Assembly: GCA_900547135.1 (NCBI GenBank)
Contig: URFJ01000001.1
Span: forward strand, 269 to 64,268
Length of the DNA stretch: 64,000 nt
From: an uncultured Eubacteriales bacterium
GTDB taxonomy: Bacteria; Bacillota; Clostridia; Christensenellales; CAG-138
Reading direction: 5' to 3'
The notes under the pieces are model-generated. The model was not told the DNA's origin and did not search any database. It worked only from the letters and a program-made list of their open reading frames with translations. Every line of letters begins with the position of its first letter. The first letter of the stretch is position 1. This document shows, piece after piece, positions 8,740 through 17,247 of the stretch. The position numbers and the translations under genes were made by a program.

Positions 8740-9264
8740 TTATATTAAGTTCAGTATCGCGAGCACCCCGTTTTCAACCAGAGTGTCGCACACGCCCTGG
8801 GCGCTTTGCGCCGGCACCGCGATTATGCCTGTCTTTACGTTCATCCTGCGGCAAAGCTCGCCCAGACGTTTCGCCGGCATCACGGGCTTTCCGTTTATCA
8901 AGGTACCCGCCATGTCCTCATTGGAATCGAAGGCAGCTATGATGTCCAGGCCGTACTCCTCAAAGCCATCGTAGGACAAAAGGGCGCGGCCCAGATTGCC
9001 CGCCCCGACTATGACCGTCGCGTTCGAGTTGCCATAGCCAAGGAACCGCTCTATATCCAAAATTAGGCTGTCTGTAACGTATCCAACTTTGGGCCTTCCG
9101 CCCGAACTTACCGAAGCCAGGTCCTTTCTGACCTGAACGTCGTTTAGGCCCAGTGCGTCCGCTATCGCGGTTGCGGATATGTTTGCGGCGCCGCCCTTGG
9201 CCGCGGACCTTAAATAACTTAAATACAACGGCAGCGTCTGCTTTGAAATCGGCCTGCTGTCCAT
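8740..9264 (-). CDS. rex: redox-sensing transcriptional repressor Rex
   Basis: 174 aa with an N-terminal winged helix (ISATAIADALGLNDVQVRKDLA), a Rossmann GAGNLG motif, and a Rex-typical C-terminus (IIAVPAQSAQGVCDTLVENGVLAILN). Confidence 0.92.
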   Translation of the reverse strand: MDSRPISKQTLPLYLSYLRSAAKGGAANISATAIADALGLNDVQVRKDLASVSSGGRPKVGYVTDSLILDIERFLGYGNSNATVIVGAGNLGRALLSYDGFEEYGLDIIAAFDSNEDMAGTLINGKPVMPAKRLGELCRRMNVKTGIIAVPAQSAQGVCDTLVENGVLAILNLI

Positions 9265-9267
9265 AGC

Positions 9268-10665
9268 CTATTCTCCTTTGCCCTTTATGTATTCGTCGAT
9301 GGCCGACGCGGAAGCCTTTCCCGCTCCCATGGCAAGTATAACTGTGGCAGCTCCGGTTACAGCGTCGCCTCCGGCATATACGCCCTCCCTTGATGTAAGG
9401 CCCGTGGAATCGTCGGCTACTATTCCGCCCCACTTTTTAGTTTCAAGTCCCTGTGTGGTGGATTTAATAAGCGGGTTTGGCGAAGTGCCTATAGCCATTA
9501 TTACGCAGTCAAGCTCCATGGTAAATTCCGAACCCTTGCGCGGCACCGGCCTGCGCCTGCCGGATTCGTCCGGTTCGCCCAGCTCCATCTCTACGCACGT
9601 CATGCCCTTTACAAACCCATTTTCGTCGCCAAGAATCTCTACGGGGTTATTAAGCAGCTTGAAGATTATCCCCTCCTGCATAGCGTGTTCGACCTCTTCC
9701 TTTCTGGCCGGAAGCTCCTCAAGCGACCTTCTGTAAACGATGTACACCTCCTCTGCGCCCAGCCGCTTGGCGCAGCGGGCCGCATCCATCGCCACGTTGC
9801 CGCCGCCTACCACGGCCACGCGCTTTGCCCGCTGTATGGGTGTGGCGCTGCCCGGCAGATAGGCTTTCATGAGATTTACGCGCGTTAAAAACTCGTTTGC
9901 CGAATATACGCCCTTGAGGTTTTCCCCGGGTATATTCATAAACCTCGGAAGCCCCGCTCCAGAACCGATGAACACGGCCTCAAACCATTGCTCATCCATA
10001 AGCTCGTCGATAGTTATCACCTTGCCAACGACCATGTTTGTTTCAATCTTTACGCCCAAATCCCTGAGCGTATCTATTTCCTTTTGCACTATCGCCTTTG
10101 GCAGCCTGAATTCGGGGATTCCATATTCAAGCACCCCGCCCGCAAGGTGCAGCGCCTCGAACACGGTAACGTCATAGCCCCTTTTGGCCAGGTCGCCCGC
10201 ACAGGTAAGGCCCGACGGACCTGAACCGATTATTGCTACCTTATGGCCGTTTGGCTCAGGCCGTTTGGGCTTTTCGCCGCTGTTTTTATTGTGGTAATCC
10301 GCCGCAAAGCGCTCAAGGCGGCCTATGCCCACCGGCTCGCCCTTAAGCCCCCGCACGCAGCGCTGTTCGCACTGTGTCTCCTGAGGGCATACCCTTCCGC
10401 ATACGGCGGGTAAGGAACTTGATTTTGATATGACGGAATATGCCTCCTCAAAGCGGCCTTCTGCCATCTCCTTTATAAACGACGGTATGTCGATGTGTAC
10501 CGGACAGCCTCCCACGCACGGCTTGTTCTTGCAGTTAAGGCAGCGCTTTGCCTCATCGATTGCCTGCTCCTCCGTATACCCAAGGGTGACCTCGTTGAAG
10601 TTCTTGTTCCTGACGTTTGGTTCCTGTTCGGGCATCTCATTCTTCTTCATGGACATGTTGGCCAT
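9268..10665 (-). CDS. nfnB: NADH-dependent reduced ferredoxin:NADP+ oxidoreductase large subunit (GltD-like; NfnB / SudA type)
   Basis: 465 aa with N-terminal Cys clusters (CLNCKNKPC, CPV, CGRVCP, CEQRC) and two dinucleotide folds (IIGSGPSGL, VVGGGNVAMD). It is paired with a PyrK-like subunit. Confidence 0.85.
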   Translation of the reverse strand: MANMSMKKNEMPEQEPNVRNKNFNEVTLGYTEEQAIDEAKRCLNCKNKPCVGGCPVHIDIPSFIKEMAEGRFEEAYSVISKSSSLPAVCGRVCPQETQCEQRCVRGLKGEPVGIGRLERFAADYHNKNSGEKPKRPEPNGHKVAIIGSGPSGLTCAGDLAKRGYDVTVFEALHLAGGVLEYGIPEFRLPKAIVQKEIDTLRDLGVKIETNMVVGKVITIDELMDEQWFEAVFIGSGAGLPRFMNIPGENLKGVYSANEFLTRVNLMKAYLPGSATPIQRAKRVAVVGGGNVAMDAARCAKRLGAEEVYIVYRRSLEELPARKEEVEHAMQEGIIFKLLNNPVEILGDENGFVKGMTCVEMELGEPDESGRRRPVPRKGSEFTMELDCVIMAIGTSPNPLIKSTTQGLETKKWGGIVADDSTGLTSREGVYAGGDAVTGAATVILAMGAGKASASAIDEYIKGKGE

Positions 10666-10666
10666 C

Positions 10667-11509
10667 TCATTTCACCTCCATACGGTACAGGTTGCACGCT
10701 TCCTCATGCGCGGCCCTCTCAAAGGGCTTATACATGGACGAGCGCGCTATCGCCTCGTTAAAATCTATCTCGTGACCGTCAAAATCCGGCCCGTCTACGC
10801 AAGCAAACCTGGTTTCGCCGCCCACGGTGAGCCGGCAGCAGCCGCACATGCCTGTGCCGTCGATCATTATCGGGTTCATGCTGGCGATGGTCTTTATGCC
10901 GTACTCCTTTGTCAGTTTGCATACGAATTTCATCATGATAAGTGGGCCTATGGTAATGACAGCGTCGTATTTTTCGCCCGCCTCAATCAGTTCCTTAAGC
11001 GCGTCGGTCACAAGGCCCTTTTTCCCATAACTACCGTCGTCGGTCATCATTTCCATCCGGTCGCTCACAGCCCTAAACTCGTCCTCAAGTATGACCAGGT
11101 CTCTGCTTCTAAACCCCACCACCGAGTGAACCTCGGCGCCCTCGGCGTGCAGCTTCTTTGCCACGGGATAGGCAATTGCGCACCCAACGCCTCCCCCGAC
11201 GACAGCTACCTTCTTTAGCCCCTCGGTTTCGGTGGCCCTGCCAAGCGGGCCCACAAAGTCGCAGACCCGAGCGCCCTGCTCAAGGTGGTTCAGTTTTTCA
11301 GTGGTTGCGCCCACGATTTGGAATATAATCGTTATAATTCCCTTCTCCCTGTCATAGTCGGCCACGGTAAGGGGGATGCGCTCCCCGTTTTCCTCGGCGC
11401 GCAGGATTATAAACTGTCCCGGTTCCGCCTTTTTAGCAACCAGCGGAGCGTATATCTCCATCAGGGTTACGGTTGGGTTCAAGGACTTTTTTCTGACAAT
11501 TTCGTACAT
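10667..11509 (-). CDS. nfnA: NfnA / PyrK-like FAD-NAD and [2Fe-2S] subunit
   Basis: MYEIVRKKSLNPTV... with VVGGGVGCA and a C-terminal CGCCRL...C cluster. The start is placed at the ATG at 11509, behind AGAGGAG. Its stop lies 1 nt before the nfnB start. Confidence 0.85.
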   Translation of the reverse strand: MYEIVRKKSLNPTVTLMEIYAPLVAKKAEPGQFIILRAEENGERIPLTVADYDREKGIITIIFQIVGATTEKLNHLEQGARVCDFVGPLGRATETEGLKKVAVVGGGVGCAIAYPVAKKLHAEGAEVHSVVGFRSRDLVILEDEFRAVSDRMEMMTDDGSYGKKGLVTDALKELIEAGEKYDAVITIGPLIMMKFVCKLTKEYGIKTIASMNPIMIDGTGMCGCCRLTVGGETRFACVDGPDFDGHEIDFNEAIARSSMYKPFERAAHEEACNLYRMEVK

Positions 11510-11580
11510 AATTACCGCTCCTCTTTTCATTAAAGATGACTTCCGCCATCAAAGAGCGGCAGCCATGGATTTATTATAGC

Positions 11581-12705
11581 CTAAAAGTCAACGTCTTGGC
11601 CATAATAGATGCGGGTGAAGAGCCTTTCCATTATATCCGGCGTAATCCCTCTTGGGTTTGAACCCGTGCACGCGTCGCCCACCGCCAGCTCGGAAATCCT
11701 TGCGATCTTTTCCCTGAATTCGGCCTCGTCTATGCCAAATTCACTCAGCGACTTTGGAATATTGAGCATCTTATTATATTCATCAATCCTTCCGCACAGC
11801 GAGAGCACCAGCTCATCCTCCGTGTTTCCGGCAAGTCCGGCCGATCTTGCTATATCGGCATAGCGGGCCTTTGCCGCGGCATCCTTTGCGTTATACTTTA
11901 TTACATAGGGCAGATAGATCGCGTTGGCGCAGCCATGCGGGATATGCCCGGTTGAAAACGCGGCGCCCGTCTTATGCGCCATGGAGTGGACGATGCCCAA
12001 GAGCGCGTTTGAAAATGCCATTCCCGCCAGGCACTGCGCATAGTGCATCTGCTCCCTTGCATTCATATCCCCATCGTATGAGGCGGGCAGGTACTCAAAT
12101 ACCATGTTTATCGCCTTGAGCGCAAGCGGGTCTGTAAACGGGCCGTTTAGGGTGGATACATACGCCTCTATAGCGTGGGTCAGGGCGTCCATGCCGGTGT
12201 TTGCGGTAAGCTTCTGAGGCATGGTTTCAGCAAGCTCGGGATCAACAACCGCTATGTCCGGCGTGATGCTGAAATCGGCAAGCGGATACTTTATGCCCTT
12301 CTCATAGTCCGTAATTACGGAGAATGCGGTTACCTCGTTCGCGGTGCCGGATGTCGACGGGATCGCTAGGAATTTTGCCTTCTGCCTGAGCGCTGGGAAG
12401 CTGAACGGGGTGATGAGCTGCTCGAACGTAACGTTGGGATACTCGTAGAAAGCCCACACCGCCTTTGCCGCGTCTATGGGCGAACCGCCGCCCATGGAGA
12501 TTATCCAGTCCGGGCCGAACTCGCGCATAGCCTCCGCGCCGCGCATAACCGTTTCTACGGAGGGGTCTGGCTCCACGTTTTCAAACAGCTTAACCTCCAT
12601 GCCCGCTTCCTTCAGATAACCAATGGCCTTGTCGAGAAAACCGAACCGCTTCATGGAACCGCCGCCAACCACGACGAACGCCTTATTCCCCTTAAGGGTT
12701 TTCAA
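11581..12705 (-). CDS. iron-containing alcohol dehydrogenase, AdhE-type ADH domain without an ALDH domain; N-terminus irregular
   Basis: 374 aa, strongly AdhE-C-terminal-like (GGGSPIDAAKAVW, YPLADFSITPD, DALTHAIEAYVS, HGCANA, CTGSNPR...YYGQD). The called start is TTG, and the first conserved strand is missing from this frame (see finding). Confidence 0.8.
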   Translation of the reverse strand: MKTLKGNKAFVVVGGGSMKRFGFLDKAIGYLKEAGMEVKLFENVEPDPSVETVMRGAEAMREFGPDWIISMGGGSPIDAAKAVWAFYEYPNVTFEQLITPFSFPALRQKAKFLAIPSTSGTANEVTAFSVITDYEKGIKYPLADFSITPDIAVVDPELAETMPQKLTANTGMDALTHAIEAYVSTLNGPFTDPLALKAINMVFEYLPASYDGDMNAREQMHYAQCLAGMAFSNALLGIVHSMAHKTGAAFSTGHIPHGCANAIYLPYVIKYNAKDAAAKARYADIARSAGLAGNTEDELVLSLCGRIDEYNKMLNIPKSLSEFGIDEAEFREKIARISELAVGDACTGSNPRGITPDIMERLFTRIYYGQDVDF

Positions 12706-12850
12706 TACTTCCTATATTCCCCCCTGCAAATATTCCCTGAATTAAATTAAACCCCTATTTTATTTTTTTCCGCCTTGGAAATCGGTTGATTATAGCGAGG
12801 ATTGACCAAATACGGTTTAGCTTTTCTGACCGGTATTTCAAAAAACGGCC

Positions 12851-12878
12851 ATATCAATCCTGGAATATTGATATTCCA
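12851..12878. promoter_or_regulatory. overlapping palindromes in the adh upstream region, a candidate operator
   Basis: ATATCAAT-N8-ATTGATAT (12851-12874) overlaps TGGAATAT-TG-ATATTCCA (12861-12878), about 150 nt upstream of the adh start. It does not match the Rex box TTGTTAA-N4-TTAACAA. Confidence 0.3.
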
Positions 12879-12905
12879 TTTTCGGCAATGTGCTTAAATA
12901 TATAA

Positions 12906-13831
12906 TCAGATATATTCCCTGAACGCAGCCTCGTTTCTGGCCTCAAACAGTTTATCGACAAAGCGTTTGTCCAGCGCTGAAGGGATATCCCTTTGAATAT
13001 ATAAGCAAGTCCTTACAGCTGTTATTAAAAGCGTCGCAGCGCCTCTGCACAAGACCATACAGCTTTAAAAACTCGTCCGGTATGGGAGATACCCACATAT
13101 ATGTGCCTGGGACATGGGCCAACAGGTCAAACTGTCTGCACCGCTCGTATACATATATGACCTTTCTGCCCTGTTCGGAATCGGCTTTCTTTCTAATATC
13201 CTCGTGAAGGTATGGAACATTCGTATCCCCGTGCGCTATCTCAATGTACTTTAAAAAATCCTCAAAGCGTACTTACTTATCATGGGCGAGCGGATGCCGC
13301 TCCGACATCACCGCCATATAGTCAAACTCCCACACGGTTTCATGCTTTATATCGTTTTTGGCCAGGAAGTCCAGAAAGTAGTTCTCATAGCCCATCTTAT
13401 AGCGGATTACGCCAAGATTGAACCGGCCCTCGGATATGCTGCGGATGGCGTTTATTGAGTTGGTTTCCTGGATGTTTACGTCGATCTCCCTTCCTCCGTC
13501 AAGCGTTTGCACAAATCGCGTTACCGCTTTTGCGATATAGCTTACGCGGGGTATTGATATGTTAAACCTCTGCCTGCCTTCGTTGTCGTGGCGGCACAGC
13601 GACTCAACCTCGTCCAGCTGGGCCAGTATCTTTTTGGCGTATATCAAAAACGCGGCGCCCTTCTTTGTAGGCACCATCCCCTTGGAGGTTCTCTTAAACT
13701 CCGTTATGCCAAGCGTGTCCCTTTATAGCCTTGCTCAGGTTTGGCTGTGCCATAAATAGGTTGTCAGCCGCCTGTGTTATGGAACCCGTGCGCTCCACTT
13801 CAACGGCGTATTTAAAATGCAGTGTGTTCAT
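12906..13831 (-). pseudogene. LysR-family transcriptional regulator, inactivated
   Basis: The N-terminal HTH MNTLHFKYAVEVERTGSITQAADNLFMAQPNLSKAIK (ATG at 13831) is shifted out of frame near 13720 relative to DTLGITEFKRTSKGMVPTKKG (ORF 13273-13677). An in-frame TAA falls at 13270-13272, and the substrate-binding domain continues after it (VRFEDFLKYIEIAHGD...). Confidence 0.8.
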
Positions 13832-13999
13832 AAAAACTCCTATCGGGCTGTAAAACGTTGCAAACGCTGCTTAGCGCCATTTGCCTTAAACCTGGGGGGA
13901 AGCATACCCTTCACCAAACAACGCCATTCTAATATCTAGTATCGCCGTTGTCAAATTGCAGTCCCGCGCCAAATATTGTTACGTGCGGTGTATTATGTT

Positions 14000-14407
14000 T
14001 TACCATGCGCTAAGCCAATGCTTTACGGTTTCATCGGCTTCTATAAGCTGCTTATCGTTCCCTCCCGGATTTTTTATAAACAGTACTTTTGTGTCGCTTA
14101 TATGCTTTGAGGCATATTTTAGCCCTGGCGGAATAATAAACAACGATCCCTTTTCAAAAAGGTATTCCTCTTTTTCATCTAAGAGCAAGACCTTACTTGC
14201 CCCGTCCATGACAAAATTGTACTCCGCAGCGTTTATATGTAAATGGGGCCGGTCAGCCGAAAAGAACTTATAATGGCTCAATCCAATTTCAATTCCAGTA
14301 TCATGAATCCATTCCAAATCCTGCGGTTTCTTTAGATTTCCGCACAGGTAAACCCTGTCCGAGGTCTTTAAAGCTTCCCTCACGTCAAATCCCATTATAT
14401 AATTCAT
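14000..14407 (-). CDS. metal-binding cupin-domain protein (135 aa)
   Basis: Cupin motif 1 is HLHINAAEYNFVMDG and motif 2 is GSLFIIPPGLKYASKH. The start is placed at the ATG at 14407, 7 nt after GGAGGG. It overlaps the upstream gene's end by 23 nt. Confidence 0.7.
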   Translation of the reverse strand: MNYIMGFDVREALKTSDRVYLCGNLKKPQDLEWIHDTGIEIGLSHYKFFSADRPHLHINAAEYNFVMDGASKVLLLDEKEEYLFEKGSLFIIPPGLKYASKHISDTKVLFIKNPGGNDKQLIEADETVKHWLSAW

Positions 14408-15560
14408 AATTCTGCCCTCCACGTGCGTTACGCCAATACTCTGACCATTCGCGCAAATTCTTTATCGATGGCCTTTCACAAAGCTTTGGGTTTATTCTAA
14501 TGGAGTTAAAGTTGTTTACAAAGAAGCTGTAATTTACCGGGTCGTCCGTTTGCCAAATTACGAAGCTCCTACGGTTATCTTCATTATCCAGCGATGCTGA
14601 ATACAAATCGATTTTTACATGGTTGAATTCCCTGTATTTATCTAAAAACTCCACGTTGAATATGGCGAACGGGGCGCTGACCTTCATTAGGTAAAAGTGA
14701 AATCTCGCTGGAATTGAATCCCACGTCTGATGATAGATAGAGCTTTTATTGGAAAGCGCATTATAAAGGTTATATATGGCGCTGTAAACTACGCCTGAGG
14801 ATGAGCCTGCCCTATAGTTCGCTACCTTTGTTTCCAGATCAATTAAGTTATATCTTGACGGCTTTGTCAGTATCAGCTCCATGGTAGCCGCAGACTCGCG
14901 CATGATCATTTCCATAGCTTTATTAAGCTTGATATCCTTCATCTGCTCAATATGCCCGCTGTCCCCAATCTCAGGATTTAGAAGTAAATTCCCTGCAAAG
15001 TTTAAAATCCTGATCTTTTGAATGCTTCTATAATATCCATCGCTGATATGCAGTCTGTCGTCTATAGTATGGATATCTTGTATCCCTTTTCTGTCAAGCA
15101 TCAGCAGGTTGTTTTTATGCCTGAGGGTATTATAATGCCTTATACCATTTAGCCAAATCCTTAGCTTGTTATTCATACTCTGTATATCTGACAAATCATA
15201 GTCCAGCAGTGTTACGCCGCTAAAATCAGTTGGTACGTGCGTACCTCTGACTTTACAGATTGCCACTGCCTTTTTGCCTAATACGCCGCTGAATATACCG
15301 GCCTCTACCAAAACGTTGTCCCGAGGTATATAGCCTCTATAATCATCCGTTATAACATTATCATCCGTATTGAAAATAAAAAGTCCGGCGCTGTGCTCCT
15401 TAGCGGCTCTTAATAAATCATCAATGGTGTTTTCACCTAGATGAAACGCTTCACTATCCTTCCAGCAAGTCGTCTCGACTCCAAGGTTATTTAGTATTGC
15501 CTGCATTTTACGCGCGATTTCCAAAGCTTGATTCGAACTTCCTATAAACACCCTTTTCAT
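14385..15560 (-). CDS. TIR-like (PF10137 / CAP12-Pycsar-effector type) domain protein with an uncharacterised ~265-aa C-terminal domain
   Basis: 391 aa from the ATG at 15560. The N-terminus MKRVFIGSSNQALEIA...FIFNTDDN...IPRDNVLVEAGIFSGVLGKKAVAICKV...VPTDFSGV follows the bacterial TIR-like nucleotide-binding pattern. I recognise no motif in the C-terminal part. The segment is AT-rich. Confidence 0.6.
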   Translation of the reverse strand: MKRVFIGSSNQALEIARKMQAILNNLGVETTCWKDSEAFHLGENTIDDLLRAAKEHSAGLFIFNTDDNVITDDYRGYIPRDNVLVEAGIFSGVLGKKAVAICKVRGTHVPTDFSGVTLLDYDLSDIQSMNNKLRIWLNGIRHYNTLRHKNNLLMLDRKGIQDIHTIDDRLHISDGYYRSIQKIRILNFAGNLLLNPEIGDSGHIEQMKDIKLNKAMEMIMRESAATMELILTKPSRYNLIDLETKVANYRAGSSSGVVYSAIYNLYNALSNKSSIYHQTWDSIPARFHFYLMKVSAPFAIFNVEFLDKYREFNHVKIDLYSASLDNEDNRRSFVIWQTDDPVNYSFFVNNFNSIRINPKLCERPSIKNLREWSEYWRNARGGQNYELYNGI

Positions 15561-15733
15561 TTGTTTACCCCCAAAAAACAGCAATGTCATTTATATAATA
15601 CCATATTTTCTACAATTAGTATTGTATTGTACGGTTTATTTGAATACAAGTCCTATTAGGCCCATGTCCGCCCGGCTGTACAAAGGGTTTCATATATGAT
15701 ATTATTGATAAAATCGGGATTGGAGGTCAAACT

Positions 15734-16801
15734 ATGCGCCGTCGTTCCCTAATCATATATACGATAAGCCACTTTATAGTGGATTTTGCGTGCTTTTTCA
15801 TACTATTCGGCCGCTTCACACAATCCGCTGGACCCGAATCGGCAGGTCTGGGATTTCTGGTTTATAATGTTATAGCCTTTGGCCTTCAGCCTGTCCTTGG
15901 CTATATCTGTGATAGGCGAAAGGGGCTGCCGGCCGGACCCCTGGGCTGCTTTTTGGTCGCGGCGGCGGTTATTCCCATATTTGGCGTTTGGGTACAGCTT
16001 GTTGCGGCGGCGTTTGGAAACGCAATGTTTCATGTGGGCGGAGGTATCGACAGCCTCTCATCGTCCAAAGGAAGCATGGGTTCAAGCGGGATATTTGTAT
16101 CCTCGGGCGGCCTTGGGGTAGCGCTTGGTACGCTGGCCGGAAGCTATGCCGGACCATCAGCGTATCTATACCTGGCAATACCGGCGGCCGTATCCATATG
16201 CGGCGTTTTAATCGCTTCGATTCGTCCGCTTCCGCCTGAATCGGGTTATAAATCCCACGCGTTTTCAAAGGCGGAAAGTGGAAAGGGGTTTTATGCTGTC
16301 ATAGCGCTGTGCTTTATATCCATATTCGTGCGCGCCTATGTCGGAGGGAGCGTGCCCATGGGGTTTAAAACCGGAGCGCTTATGGCCGTGTTCGCGGCGT
16401 TCGCCGCCTCCCTGGGCAAGGCGCTGGGCGGCCTCGCCGCCGACAGGTTTGGAGCGCGCCTGACAGGCGCCGCTACGCTGCTTGCGTCGGCGCCGCTGCT
16501 ATGCCTGTTTCACGACAACGCATACCTCTGCGCGCTTGGGCTTATGCTTTTTAACATGAGCATGCCGATTACGCTGTGCGGTATGGCGTCAAAGCTGCCG
16601 CGCCATCCCGGATTGGCGTTTGGGCTTTCCACGCTGGCACTGCTGCTAGGCTCGGCGCCCCTGTTCCTCTTTGTCATCGAAGGTCCGGCGCGCGTTATTG
16701 TTATGGCCGCGCTTACAGTGCTTTCTTCCGGCTGCCTGTACGCCGCCTTTTTCAGCGCCACATCTAAAAAGGGCGTTATTGATATGGACGCGCGGATATG
16801 A
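15734..16801 (+). CDS. polytopic membrane protein, possibly MFS-like
   Basis: 355 aa with about 10 or more hydrophobic segments, a GGAGG RBS and a GNAMFHVGGG motif. No specific family was recognised. Confidence 0.5.
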   Translation: MRRRSLIIYTISHFIVDFACFFILFGRFTQSAGPESAGLGFLVYNVIAFGLQPVLGYICDRRKGLPAGPLGCFLVAAAVIPIFGVWVQLVAAAFGNAMFHVGGGIDSLSSSKGSMGSSGIFVSSGGLGVALGTLAGSYAGPSAYLYLAIPAAVSICGVLIASIRPLPPESGYKSHAFSKAESGKGFYAVIALCFISIFVRAYVGGSVPMGFKTGALMAVFAAFAASLGKALGGLAADRFGARLTGAATLLASAPLLCLFHDNAYLCALGLMLFNMSMPITLCGMASKLPRHPGLAFGLSTLALLLGSAPLFLFVIEGPARVIVMAALTVLSSGCLYAAFFSATSKKGVIDMDARI

Positions 16802-16881
16802 CGCAGATAGGGGATTCATGCCGTGGCGTTGAACGTTTTTTTGACGGTTAATTTATTTATTGATGAGGAGGAGCTTTATAG

Positions 16882-17055
16882 ATGGTTATATTGAATGCGG
16901 CGCTGGACGCTGTGCTGATTGGGCTTATAACGATAGTCTCGGTTTTGGGCCTGATGGGGCTTGGCATAGCTATAATGCTTGTTGTTAGAATGAAAAAGAT
17001 AAAGAGGATTAAGATGGATAAGATTAAAAGGGATGAAGAAAAGGGGGAGAAATGA
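16882..17055 (+). CDS. small single-pass membrane protein (57 aa) with a Lys-rich tail
   Basis: MVILNAALDAVLIGLITIVSVLGLMGLGIAIMLVVRMKKIKRIKMDKIKRDEEKGEK with a GAGGAGGAG RBS. Its stop overlaps the next ATG (aaATGATG). It is below the ORF-track cutoff. Confidence 0.45.
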   Translation: MVILNAALDAVLIGLITIVSVLGLMGLGIAIMLVVRMKKIKRIKMDKIKRDEEKGEK

Positions 17056-17204
17056 TGTTTTATTCTTTGCTCGACGTGGCGCCGCCCACTCTGCTGGATC
17101 TGGTATATGACTTATGGCCCATATTCCTTATCGGCCTTGGCGTAGCCGCCATAATCGTAGTTGCGGTCCTGCTCGTGCTTAAAGCAAAGCGGGAGCAGAA
17201 ATAG
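17052..17204 (+). CDS. small single-pass membrane protein (50 aa)
   Basis: MMFYSLLDVAPPTLLDLVYDLWPIFLIGLGVAAIIVVAVLLVLKAKREQK, translationally coupled to the preceding small ORF. Confidence 0.4.
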   Translation: MMFYSLLDVAPPTLLDLVYDLWPIFLIGLGVAAIIVVAVLLVLKAKREQK

Positions 17205-17247
17205 CCTTTAGCTATGTCAATATTATTTTATGGACCGGTAAAACCGC

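Noticed and set aside
14385-15560. HKD phospholipase-D motif in the C-terminal domain of the TIR-like protein (NHVKIDLYSASLDNEDN)
   Set aside because: The spacing does not fit HxK-x4-D (Ser sits at the Asp position), and no GSxN follows. It is noted only as a superficial resemblance.
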